A stretch of 64,000 nucleotides of DNA from Amoebophrya sp. A120. Taxonomy: Eukaryota > Protista > Dinoflagellata. This document shows, piece after piece, positions 24,521 through 35,500 of this stretch. The stretch is taken from the NCBI GenBank assembly GCA_905178155.1, contig CAJINV010000006.1, positions 2,107,600-2,171,599 of the forward strand. The letters are read 5' to 3'. How positions within the stretch are numbered: the first letter of the stretch is position 1; every line of letters begins with the position of its first letter. The notes beneath the pieces are model-generated. The model searched no databases. It was not told the origin of the DNA and was given only the letters and a program-made list of their open reading frames with translations. The translations under genes were made by a program, and so were the position numbers.

Positions 24521-24814
24521 TGTGACTTTCGTTCGCCACCGTCTGGTCAATGTTGTGTGTGTGTCCCGTCTGTGTGTTCGCAATTTTCTGAGAGGTCCAG
24601 ACGCCGCAAAAGTAAAAAGAGTGGCGCCGAGCATTAACACGTATGCGCTGCATGCACTCTGCCGCGATGTAGTTCCTCTTGTGTGTAGATGTAGTGGCGT
24701 CGTGTTGGCAGTGATTGTTGTTGATCGGTGACGCGACCCGTCTTCTTGCCTGTCCCTTCTTCCGGAGGACGGAGCTGCTCATCAATCTCATTCCACCATC
24801 AGCAATCACTCACC

Positions 24815-27800
24815 ATGGGTTGCAATCAGTCCGCGACCGCTTCCCCTGACGGTCCCCAGGCCGCGTCCCCCGGCTCCAACAAAACCAGTCCGACCGGAGA
24901 GAACAACCAGAGCCCCAATTCCAGTCGTGGCCCAAACAGCCCGGACTCCACCAGAGCAGGCAGTTCGTACCGTCGGAAAGTGAATGCGAGTAGTACAACA
25001 GGCGAACTCCAACTACAACAGCAGAACAAAAGTCCACGAAGCGCCGCAAACACACAAAATGCCCAGTCCCCACAGAACCGTTCGCAACAGCTGAAAGAGC
25101 GAAGAAATTTGGTGTTGCACCAAGCAACATTAAACAACCCCGTCGCCCCGCCACCCGCCCCTCCCACCCCGCCAAACACAGGGCTGCCGGCTTTCTCACA
25201 AATCAACAAAACCAGTCCGAATAGAGGGCCGGCGGCAGGAGGTGGCGCAGTTTCCGGGTTTAACACAACAAGCACTACTGGCGGCGCAGCTACCAGCTCC
25301 TCAAATTTTCCCAACACATCCCCGACCTCAGCTGGTGCGCCCGCTACGCCGCAGTATAATGTGAACTACATGGTGAATACGCCGCCTATCTCGCCAACGA
25401 GTGCGGCGAGCAGAAGAACGCCAACGGGAGGCGGAGGCCCAAGCGGACCAGCCTCTGGCGGACTGCTGCTTGGTGGCAGGATATCTCAAGAAAAAAGTGT
25501 TACAGTTACACACTGTGTTGCAGGCTAAGCAAGACAGACAATCTTTGTCATGCCGGATATGCATAGGAGCCTCGTTTCATATGTGTTTTCTCGTAGGATC
25601 TCTGCATTACAAGTCTTCTCTTTCATGCAAAGAAATTTGTGTTGCTGCCTGAATTCACTACAAATGTGTAACTGTAACACTTTCTTCGTGGGATACAGGA
25701 CTTCCAACAGCATCCCAAGTCTAAACCCCAACGCACATCAGCAACAGCAAGCGCATCAACAGCATAATTTGTTCGGGCAGCAACAAGGAGTTGCAGCTCC
25801 TGGTGGTCAACAAATCTTAAATCAGCAAAATAACAACTATAACTCTTCCCTCAGCGGCACGGCGAATTTCGGTCTTCTACAGCAGTACCTCGAGCCGTTG
25901 ACAGAGTTGGAATTTCACGACTCGGATCCAGAAGAGCTGAACGGGCACTTCAGCTCACCCAGCAACTCTCCCACACAGAAGTTGAACGAACGAAGGGCGG
26001 GGTTGGGCGGCGTGTCAACGATCAACATCTCCGTCCCGCCGACACCGACGAGCGTCAGTCACATGGGTATACGCATTGCAAATGTATCGAAATCGTACGT
26101 GTGCGTCGAGTATATCTGCATGACAAACTTTTTCAAGAAAAAATGTTCAGTTGGTCATGCATATTCTGGTGGGAAAACAGATCTGTCGTGCAAGATTGCG
26201 ATGAGTAAGAATACTTTTGCAATGCATAGAAGAGTAGCAGCAGGCCGACGGTGAATTTTGGCCCGGCGACGCCGACCATGGGTGGCGGAAACAATCCCAC
26301 CTCGTTATCCTGAGGAAAAGCGTCCCCACCCCAAAGTTGTCATGCAAATCTGCATGCTCAAAATGTTTCTCATGCGGAGCACCATGACAAGCATGATTTG
26401 ATGTTAGTCGTGTTTTCTCATTTGTAATGCTCCAATCAGCATAATAGACTAGATCTGTGATCATGCCGCTGAACAAGCTAAACAGGATTTTTACACTACG
26501 AGGCCAAATTTGTCATGCGCAGCAACCAAATCTGGCTGATTTGTCTAGCAGATTTCCCATCTTGACTTATACGGCGGGGACGTTTTTGCTCAGGATACTC
26601 GTCCTCTACCGCACCTACGCCGACCCACGTATGAAAGCCTCAGAATGGAAATCCTCAAAGTGGAAATAATTTGTGATGCATGAAATGCAAGGCAAAAAAG
26701 ACTGCATTGCGGAGGACACAATGGAGGCCGACTATTGTCCTGCTAGGGGTGAAGAATTGGGCTGCTGATTAGCACGACAGAAGGGCACCCCTTTGCCTAA
26801 CTAGCATGACAGACACGTTTTGAGTACCCGGGAAATTTGTCATGCGCCGGCTACAAATGGCACTTCAACTGGAGTCGATTTTTTGCATTACAGATTATTT
26901 CCACTTTGAGGATTTCCAACCTGAGGCTTTCATACCACGCCTCCTCGAGCAGCACCGGCGGCGGCTTTTATCTGCAATCCCCGAAACACAGACGGATCTC
27001 TGACAGCATCAACAGAAACGTGCCGCTGTTCTGCTACAAGATTGCGCATAAGAAGGAGCTATCAACTGCAAAAATGTCTGGGTCTGGAAGATTGCCAGGC
27101 TTGTCATGCATATTCTGCATGACCCATGATGTCTGTGATGCATGACCTAGCATAAGCATCGCAGATTTCTTTTAGGGGGTTTCCTTATGCCTAACCCGCA
27201 TGAGAAATGCCCTCTCCGTGTGGGCTCCTCTTGCTGGTCACGCAATACAGATTCTTTTGGAATCCAGAGACAGCATCACAAGTTTTTACCACCTTCCAGA
27301 CCCAGACACTTTTGCATTTGATAGGAGCAGAACCAACCATCCGGGACTACAGGTACTTCTAGGGGCAACAGAAGGATAAGGAAATTGATCGCGGAAAACA
27401 TTGATGTGAAGCTGGGGAACATGATCGGGAAAGGCTCCCACGGCACGGTCTACGAGGCAAGGCGGGAGGATACGGGGCAGATCATTGCCTGCAAAATCAC
27501 CCCGGTCGACCATCCAGAAGCGCTGAAGGCGATGATATGCATTGCAAAAGATTCGTACTAAGTACAAATCACATTACAAATTAGCTCAGCATGACAAAGG
27601 GAATTTGTAATGCTGTATGAGCTCAGTAAAAAGATTTGTCATGCATATCTGGAATTAGTACGAGTGCGATTCTTTTGCAATGCATAGATGAAAAAGGAAG
27701 TGGACTTGCTACAGCGGTTGAACCACCTATCCAGTGCAAATATGTCTGGGTCTGGAACCTTGTGATGCTAAAATCTTACTGATGGGCGCACTGCAACGGG

Positions 27801-30800
27801 CAGCCAAGCATGACAAATCTCTCGGCTGGTGCTATTGTGTTTCGTTTTCCGCATGACAAGCTGCGTTTTTGCATGACTGACAGGAAGCCTGTTGCCTGCT
27901 TATGCATCACAGATTTATGAGTCATGCCAGACAAGCATGACAAACTCGCACTCTTCCAGACCCAGACATATTTGCATTTGATACGACCCAAACTGCATCA
28001 ACTTCCTCGGAACGCGGGTGGTTTTCACGTATGGAAGCGTCAGGTTTGAAATCGTCAAAGTTGAAATAATTTGCAATGCATAAAATGCGACACAGAAAGT
28101 GACTCTATTGCAGAGGACCCACGGGAGGCAGATTATAGTCCTGGTAAGGGTCAAAAGTTGAACTGCCAACTAGCATGACAGAGGGCAGCTCTTTTGCCCT
28201 AAACCGCATGACAGACTCGCTTCCAGGACCGGGAAAATTTGTCATGCACCGACTACAAACTGTAGGTCTAACTGGTATGCGTTTTGTGCATGACAAACTA
28301 TTTCAACTTTGACGATTTCAAACCTGACACATCCATATCACGGACAACGAAAATAATGGCTCACCATCTTCTCACGGACAGAAGTTTATCCACACATATT
28401 TGGAGTTCATTCCCGGCGGCACGATCTCGGATTTGGTCCAGACGTTTGGCTATGGAATGCAAAAGTATCGTATTGGTAGTGGTACTGCAATCATGGATTA
28501 CAAATCTTTTTCGTGAGGTGAATCAGCATTACAAATTTTAATTTTATTTCTCATGCTATAGAAATAGAAATTTGTAATGCATTTTTTATACGAGTGCGAG
28601 ACTTTTGCAATGCATATTGGCCGGATCGAGGACAAGTTTTTGCTCCGTTCCTTGACCTACCAGGTGACTTTGGGGCTGCAGTACTTGCACAAGAAGGGGG
28701 TCGTCCATCGGGATCTGAAGGGATCGAACGTGCTGCTAACCGTGTATGAATTGCAACCGTAGCGTACTCCTGCTACTCGTATAAATGCATTACAAATTTC
28801 GATTTCCTCAGCACGAGAAAGAAAATTTGCAATGCTGATTTACCTTAAGAAAAAGATTTGTAATGCATGACTGCAAAAATACGAGCACGATACCGATACT
28901 TTTGCACAGGATACCGTGTCCGGCGAAGCGATTCTGTCCGACATGGGGATATGGAGGCGTCAGGTTTGAAATCGTCAAAGTTGAAATTACTATCTATTAT
29001 ATTCATGCGAAAAAAGAGGTCTACAGAGGGTCGACGGGAGGTGGCCGAGAGGTCAAAAAGAGGCCACAAGAGGTCAAAAAGAGGTCGACAGAGGTGGAGA
29101 GGTGGCGCGGGAGGTCATTCGAGAGGGTGGCCGAGAGGGGGCGCGGGTATAGCCGGCCGAACCGTTCACCCGAAAGCCGCGCCTATAGGGACCAGAGGGG
29201 GCTGAGAGGGTCCCGAGAGGGTAAGCGATAGGGGGATAGGGGTGCCGAGAGGTTGTGCGAATAAGGGCGAACCTCTCGCGCACCCTCTGGGCCACCTCTC
29301 GGCCACCTCTGTAGACCTCTACCGGCGAGTATAGCCGGACTATTAGCAACACCTCTCGGGAGAGGTCAAGAAGAGGGCTTGCGAAAGGGTAAAAAAGACC
29401 CGAAGCCGCCCGGCACGCGGCCGATTTTGTTGGGACTGTTTCATGGCGCAGGCCCACACCTCTTGCGCTACCCTCTCGCGCACCCTCTCGCGCACCCCCT
29501 CGCGCCACCCTCTCGCGCTAACCGCTCGCGCCAACAGTTTCCGCCGGGAAGCCAGTTGGGAGGGCGGGGGCGGGTGTGTATGTGATCAACAGAGGGCAGC
29601 GCGGTCCCAGTTCTGCTTCGGCACCTATGCCGAGGCGGCTTCTCTTCGCCCCCGAGCTTCGTTGCAGCTGCTCCCTGCGCATAGCGCCTGAAGGCGCGGG
29701 AAGTGCGCAGGAGGCCCTGCGGGTTGACATAGCGCAAACCGGCGCCAGTACTTCCTTCGACCTATCACGCTGTCCGTAAACTAAAGCCCTGTCGCTGCGG
29801 CCCGATCCGCAAATAGTCCTGCCCCGCCCCAACAGCCTTGCGCCCCGGCGTCAGCCGGGGCATGGCTGGTAGTTTGTCATGCATAAAATGCAGCCCTCAG
29901 AGTACCTGTCTTGCAGAGTAGGCAAGTGTGGCAGATTGCAAGCCTGTTGAGGAGAAGAAACTGAGCAGCTAAAGTAGCACGACACAAGGCGTCTTTCTTA
30001 CCCAAACAGCATGACAAACTGGGTTTCGGCTCTACCCAAATTTGTCATGCGCCACTTAGAAACTGGGTCACTACTTTTATCCATTTTATGCATTACAAGT
30101 TATTTCAACTTTGACGATTTCAATCCTGACGCTTCCATAGGGGACGGCGTTTATCGCGGTATCACAGTGCACAAGAACTCCCCGTCGTCCCCCTCATTTG
30201 TACTCATATCGTATGGACAGCAATACGAACACCACACCAGGTGGACGCTATGCATGACAAGTTCATAGCCTGAGTGTAGTGAGGTTCAGTAGTGTTCCCA
30301 AATTTGTGATGCAGACAGCGCCACAGACTAGCAACTGGATTTGACATTTTCGCATGACAAATGACCATGAGGGGGACGCAGAGCAGTTGTGCACTTTCAT
30401 ACGCGGGGAGCAAAAACGCAAATTTCTATGCGGGAGCGACTTTGTCCGCATTTCAGGGAAATGGGCGGGGTGGGAACAATAAACGGAACTCGCTGACCAT
30501 ACCCGGAAGTGGTCAACATTCGCAGCAAGACAAAGACCAATTGGAGGAAACCATGCAGAATTTACTAAACGAGACCACCAACCAACTAGGGCAGTCCGCC
30601 ACGATACTGATGCAAACCATGTGCGGCTCCATTCCCTGGATGGCTCCTGAAGTGTTAACCGGAAACAACACCGGTCAGAGCAATGCTGCTTCGGGCTACA
30701 AGAAAACCGCAGATATTTGGTCTCTAGGGGGCTTAATCATCGAGATGGCCTCCGGATCGCCGCCCTGGAGTGAGAAGAAATTCGACAACCCGATAGCGCT

Positions 30801-31110
30801 GATGATGGCGCTCAGTATGGGCAAGGGGATACCAGGATTGCCGGAAGACAACAGCGCGCTCGGGGAATTCCACTTCAACAGCGAGAGTTTTTTCGAGGAC
30901 GAAGAGGATGAAGAAGAGTATCACGGTGCAACCGGTGGTGACGCAGCCACCATATCTCCGGGCGCAAAGTTCCTCCAGGACTGCTTCCACCGAGATGCGG
31001 CCTTGCGCCCAAGCTGCACCGAACTGCTAGACTATGACTTCATCCGAGATATGCGAGATCTGCACTACAGACCTGTTTTGATCACTTCGCCGTTAAATGT
31101 AGATCTTTGA
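24815..31110 (+). CDS. Ser/Thr protein kinase, MAP3K/STE11-like, with an N-terminal MGC acylation motif
   Basis: After removing 12 introners the kinase motifs line up in order: IGKGSHGTVY, IACK, KKEVDLLQRLNHPNCINFLG, LEFIPGGTISD, GLQYLHKKGVVHRDLKGSNVLL, LSDMGTA, GSIPWMAPEV, ADIWSLG, CFHRDAALRPSCTELL. Stop at 31110. Confidence 0.9.
25482..25695. mobile_element. Introner family E
   Basis: Family E TIRs; DR CAGGA/CAGGA. Confidence 0.9.
26070..26228. mobile_element. Introner family B (degenerate; 5' end +/-2 nt)
   Basis: TACGCATTGCAAAT...TACTTTTGCAATGCATA. Confidence 0.65.
26306..26597. mobile_element. Introner family F
   Basis: TATCCTGAGGAAAAGCGTCCCC...GGGGACGTTTTTGCTCAGGATA; DR CTCGT/CTCGT. 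Confidence 0.9.
26630..26934. mobile_element. Introner family G
   Basis: TATGAAAGCCTCAGAATGGAAATCCTCAAAGTGG...CCACTTTGAGGATTTCCAACCTGAGGCTTTCATA; DR CCACG/CCACG. Confidence 0.9.
27060..27323. mobile_element. Introner family A
   Basis: Family A TIRs; DR GGAGC/GGAGC. Confidence 0.9.
27536..27686. mobile_element. Introner family B
   Basis: Family B TIRs; DR GATGA/GATGA. Confidence 0.9.
27728..27983. mobile_element. Introner family A
   Basis: Family A TIRs; DR CCACC/CGACC. Confidence 0.9.
28030..28337. mobile_element. Introner family D
   Basis: Family D TIRs; DR TCACG/TCACG. Confidence 0.9.
28451..28616. mobile_element. Introner family B
   Basis: Family B TIRs; DR TTGGC/TTGGC. Confidence 0.9.
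28745..28913. mobile_element. Introner family B
   Basis: Family B TIRs; DR CCGTG/CCGTG. Confidence 0.85.
28950..30139. mobile_element. Introner family D enlarged by a nested Helitron-like insertion
   Basis: TATGGAGGCGTCAGG...CCTGACGCTTCCATA; DR GGGGA/GGGGA. Confidence 0.9.
28987..29869 (+). mobile_element. Non-autonomous Helitron-like element, copy 2, nested in a family D introner
   Basis: Removing it restores host GTTGAAA|TAGTTTGTCATGC, matching family D GTTGAAATAATTTG. Same 5' end as copy 1; hairpin GCCCCGGC-gtca-GCCGGGGC plus CTGG end. Confidence 0.75.
30160..30401. mobile_element. Introner family K
   Basis: TATCACAGTGCACAA...TTGTGCACTTTCATA; DR CGCGG/CGCGG. Confidence 0.85.
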
Positions 31111-32570
31111 CGCTTGATCAAGAACATGAGGGAATAAATAAGTAACGCGCTCGCATTACTCGCCCGAGAAGGTCAAGGTTCCTTTTGAAGTAAGTAAGTA
31201 CGTAGATCTTTCCGGACAGCTTCTAATATCCTGAGCTGGCTATTAAAAGTTTAAGTTTTACTTGAGAACACTAGAAGCACATAGATCCTCACAACAAGTT
31301 CTTCGCAAATGATATATGATAATGAACGTCTGCACCAGCTTCAGCTTGTCGCTTTTATGGTACCAGCTCGTTCTTGGAATGAAATATGCGAATAGCGAAT
31401 GCAAAAATGAAGTCGCTACAGCAAAAAACAAATTAAAAACGCGATCGGGATGATGAATTGAAGGATCGAGGTCTACTCGTCGATCTCCACCGAGGATGGG
31501 AGGAGCTACTTCATACTTCACGTGTGGTCCTCTTCCTCTGCTGTGGCAAAAATCCGTGAAATAAATCTTCTACATCGTGGTCTTTTGTTTTCCAACGTGA
31601 TTGAGGGGTCGAAAACATGATAAAGAGCCGAGATATAGAAGTTCTACTTTGGTCCGTCTTAGAAGAAGTACAGGGGATGATGATCTTCTATCTACGGAGA
31701 TGAGTAGAGGTTGATCTGAAGCGGAAAATTAAATCCACGTACTAGCAGTCTGTGTAGTTGACGAAAATGAATTTAAAAGTCTTGCTCTTCAAGTACTCTT
31801 CGCGAAAATTAGGTCGAGGAACTGCAGACTTGGATCTTGAGTTCAATTTCGAAGGGGTCCTTGATTAGAGGTAAAAGTAGAGTAAAAAAACACACCGTAC
31901 TCAGAATCAGCAGCACGCAACATCGGGGCTTTAGTTGCATTTCGTGACAAAGAACAAGGATATCTTCGATAACTTGAACTTATTCAGCTGGTTCTTTCTG
32001 AGGGCAGTTCATCTCTAGTAATGCTAATACGGGACGACGACATGACGGATTTCACAAAGCGATAAGGACCTCCTGGTGTATGATTTATTAGAAAGCGACT
32101 AATTTTTTATGCAAGCAGTTGACGACGCAAAGAGACTCATTCTTGTCTCCTCGATACGGGAAACTACTCCTGCCAAAATGTTGATGCGCGACAACTATTT
32201 CCCCTAGAGGAAGAAGCCCCTAGCTTTTTTTTTCCCTACGTAAGAGTCTTCGAGGACACGACCGGCCTTCCGGGGAGACGAGGAAAAAGAGCGCCTGATA
32301 TATTGTTTCACACAAGTTGAAAAGTCTTAGTCGCACATAATTGCTGAATTAGTGAAGTACACCAAATCTTCTAGAACCGCAGAAGGGGGACGAGCTTCTA
32401 GCGTGCTACGGGACAACGAGTTACTTTAGAATACAGATTAGGTTCTTTACATACTTTTTCAACATATTACTTTCTATCCTTTACCTTGAGTTGTTGTCTG
32501 ATCTCATACACAACTCTCCTTTCTGTTTCTACACTACCCTCACACCACCACCGCTTATATCCTACACAAG

Positions 32571-35500
32571 ATGGAAGTCCGTCCGAAGGAGCGGATGAAC
32601 ATTTCCGCCGCGTACCACATGGCGATGACGCACGCCGAAGAAGGCATGCAGCCCATGGCGGTGCCGCTCCCCCAGAACTTCAGCTCGTTCGAAGAGGCGG
32701 TAGAAAAGGCGGAGACCTTCCAATATCCTGAGCAAAAACGTCCCCAACCCATAGTCAAGTTGGTAAATCTGCAACACAAATCGCCCAGCTTTGGAAGTTG
32801 TGCATGACAAGTTTCCGTCTGTAGTATAGTGTTGCTTAGCAAGGAAAGCCGCATGAGAAAGCCAATCTCTCATCATATTTACAGCATTACAAATGCCAAA
32901 TCACGATTTGAAACGCCTCTCGTCATGGGAATGCGCATTACAAATGTTCCTGTCGTTGCGCATTTGCATTACAGCCTTGGGGTGGGGACGTTTTTGCTGT
33001 GGATATCCAAGACGCGGTGATCTGGCAGTACCACCAAGCGAAGAAGCGAAAGGTCATCGCCAAGGGCGTGCCGCCGCGGCAGACCGGGCTGGTAATAAAC
33101 GGCATCGGGCAGGAAAAAATCGAGGACATCTCAATGGAAAGCTACGCCCTGACCTCCATTTGCGCAAAGCCGAGATCAAACGGCGCCGCTGACGCACCCT
33201 CCGAATTTAGAAAAATGGCACAGGACATGCGGGCGGGGAGATTGAGAACGAGGAAAAGGAAGTTTCCCAGCAGAAAATTCCGTATTGTTATTGATTGTTT
33301 CTACGTACAATTTTTGTTACAGCGGCATTTTGGGTGGTTTGCGTTTGGTTGTTTGCATGACAAACCGCTCTTCCTTGATTGTCGTGTCACAACCAGAAAC
33401 TACTTTGTGATGCATATACTCAATAGTTCTTTCATTATCGTTATCGTTATCAAGCAGCGCGTCAAATAATGATAGAATCCAAAAGCAAAATAAATCAAAA
33501 ACATCACAGAGGACAAGGACATTCTAGACGGCAACATCTCCTCCGACTCCGAGGGCCACCCGGGGTACGGCTCTGACAAGGAAAAGGAACGGGCCCGTGG
33601 TGACTACATTGCGCAACAAAAAGCCCAGCAGGGCTTAAACAAGGCGTATGTGAGGCCGAATCGACACAGCAGCATGTCCTCCCGAGACGGGTCGGATTCC
33701 GGTTTTCTGTCCGTCGGCGCGAGTCCCATGAGCTACCTGCAAACCCCGGACCGGACGCCGGAGAGTGAATTTGGGAGAACGCCCGGCACGAATATGGATT
33801 TTTATCCCACGAAAAAACTGTTTCACTGTGGTGCTTTTGCAAGATCTGCATCACAAGTTTGTATACACATGTCACGGAAATAAATTTGCCATGCGCGCTT
33901 TCCAAGGGAAAACAGGCTTCAAAATCCAGAATGTCTTGCAAGTGTAGCAAGACAAACACTTTGGTGCTTCGTTCTCTGCATCACAAGTTCACAGGGAAAC
34001 AGTTTATTTTCCTTGCGATAATTGTACCGGGGGAAATAGCAGCATGATGGCGTTGACAAACGACGCACACAGCGACGCGGGCGACAGCGTGGATAACCAG
34101 AGCTTGGCGCTGAGTATTTCTTATTGCAATCATGCATTACAAATCTTTTTCTTGAGGTAGATCAGCATTAGAAATTTCAGTTCTCATGCTGAGGAAATTT
34201 GTAATGCATTTATTATACACATGAAACTATCAGGCCAACTCGCGGCGGGTGATGGGAAAGTAGCCTACAACAAGAGAAAATTCGCCGCGCAAAAAGCCGA
34301 GCGCGTATGCATCACAAAAGTATCGTACTAGTAGAAATCGCATTACAAGTTCGGTCAGCATGACAAGAGGAATCTGTCATGCTAATTTACCTACACAACT
34401 AGATTTATAATGCATACCTACACAACTAGATGATGATGATGATGATGATGATGATGCATAAACGCGATTAGTACGAGCGCGATAGTTTTGTAATGCATAA
34501 CGGGAAGCCGCGAATAAAATCTTGGCGGCCCAGAAGAACGGGTTTGGCAAACAGCAGTTTTTGATTGACCACAGAACACCGACGAGACTGACGGAAATCC
34601 TGGAGCATAGTACTAAATGTGGTTTTCATAATTGCTATTGCTCTGTAAAAAATGCTGGCGTGGTAATAAGGCAATAGGAGTGACGAGAACTTGTGAAGTA
34701 GATGTTGATCATGCACAGCATGCCAGCGCTGTTGTTCTTGTTGTATTTTTGCATGACACCGAAAATAAGAAATTCCGACACTTCAAGAATAGAGAACAAA
34801 TAAATCGATTTTGTTCATCATTTAATCAAACCCACTTTATCAACAACAAACAGACAAGAGAATCGACAAGCACCCCCTCCCTGTGATTACCATCATCCTC
34901 CCGCCCCGCGCTTCCTCCCTCATCAACATTTGCAACTGCATGCCGTTTATCAACGGCAAATATGTCAGTCTGGGTCTCGAAGCTTGTGATGCTGAAGTAT
35001 GCATAAGTCAGCTGCTTTCAAGTGCAGCCAAGCATGACAAGTTTAGTTGACACCGTCTGATTCGTAGCACGCATGACAAACTGCTTGGTCGCATCTCAAA
35101 AAAGTGGCGCCTTTGCTGGCTGTATGCAACACAGATTTTTCAGGAATGCAAGACATGCAACACAGATTCCACTTTTCCAGACCCAGACATGTTTGCAACT
35201 GCATGCCGTTCTTCGAAGAGCACAAGTGGACCCCGTTAACCCGACAGGAGAAGATGTTTTTTAACAGCTACCGTATCAACTGCAAATATATCTGGGTCTG
35301 GAAGAGTGTAAACTTGTCATGCAGGTTTTCTATGACCCACGAGGTCTGGAATGCGGGACCTAGCATGACAGACTCTGTGAGGTCTCTGCCATGCCTATCC
35401 TGCATGAGAAACTCCCTCCCAACGTGCTCGAAAGTGGACAGCTCTTGGCACTCATGCAACACAGACTTTTGTAAGATTCAGATTTAGCATGACAAGTTGC

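Noticed and set aside
31120-32570. Possible upstream exons of the Cdc73 gene or a small separate gene
   Set aside because: No convincing ORF or introner-bounded exons; I could not build an in-frame model.
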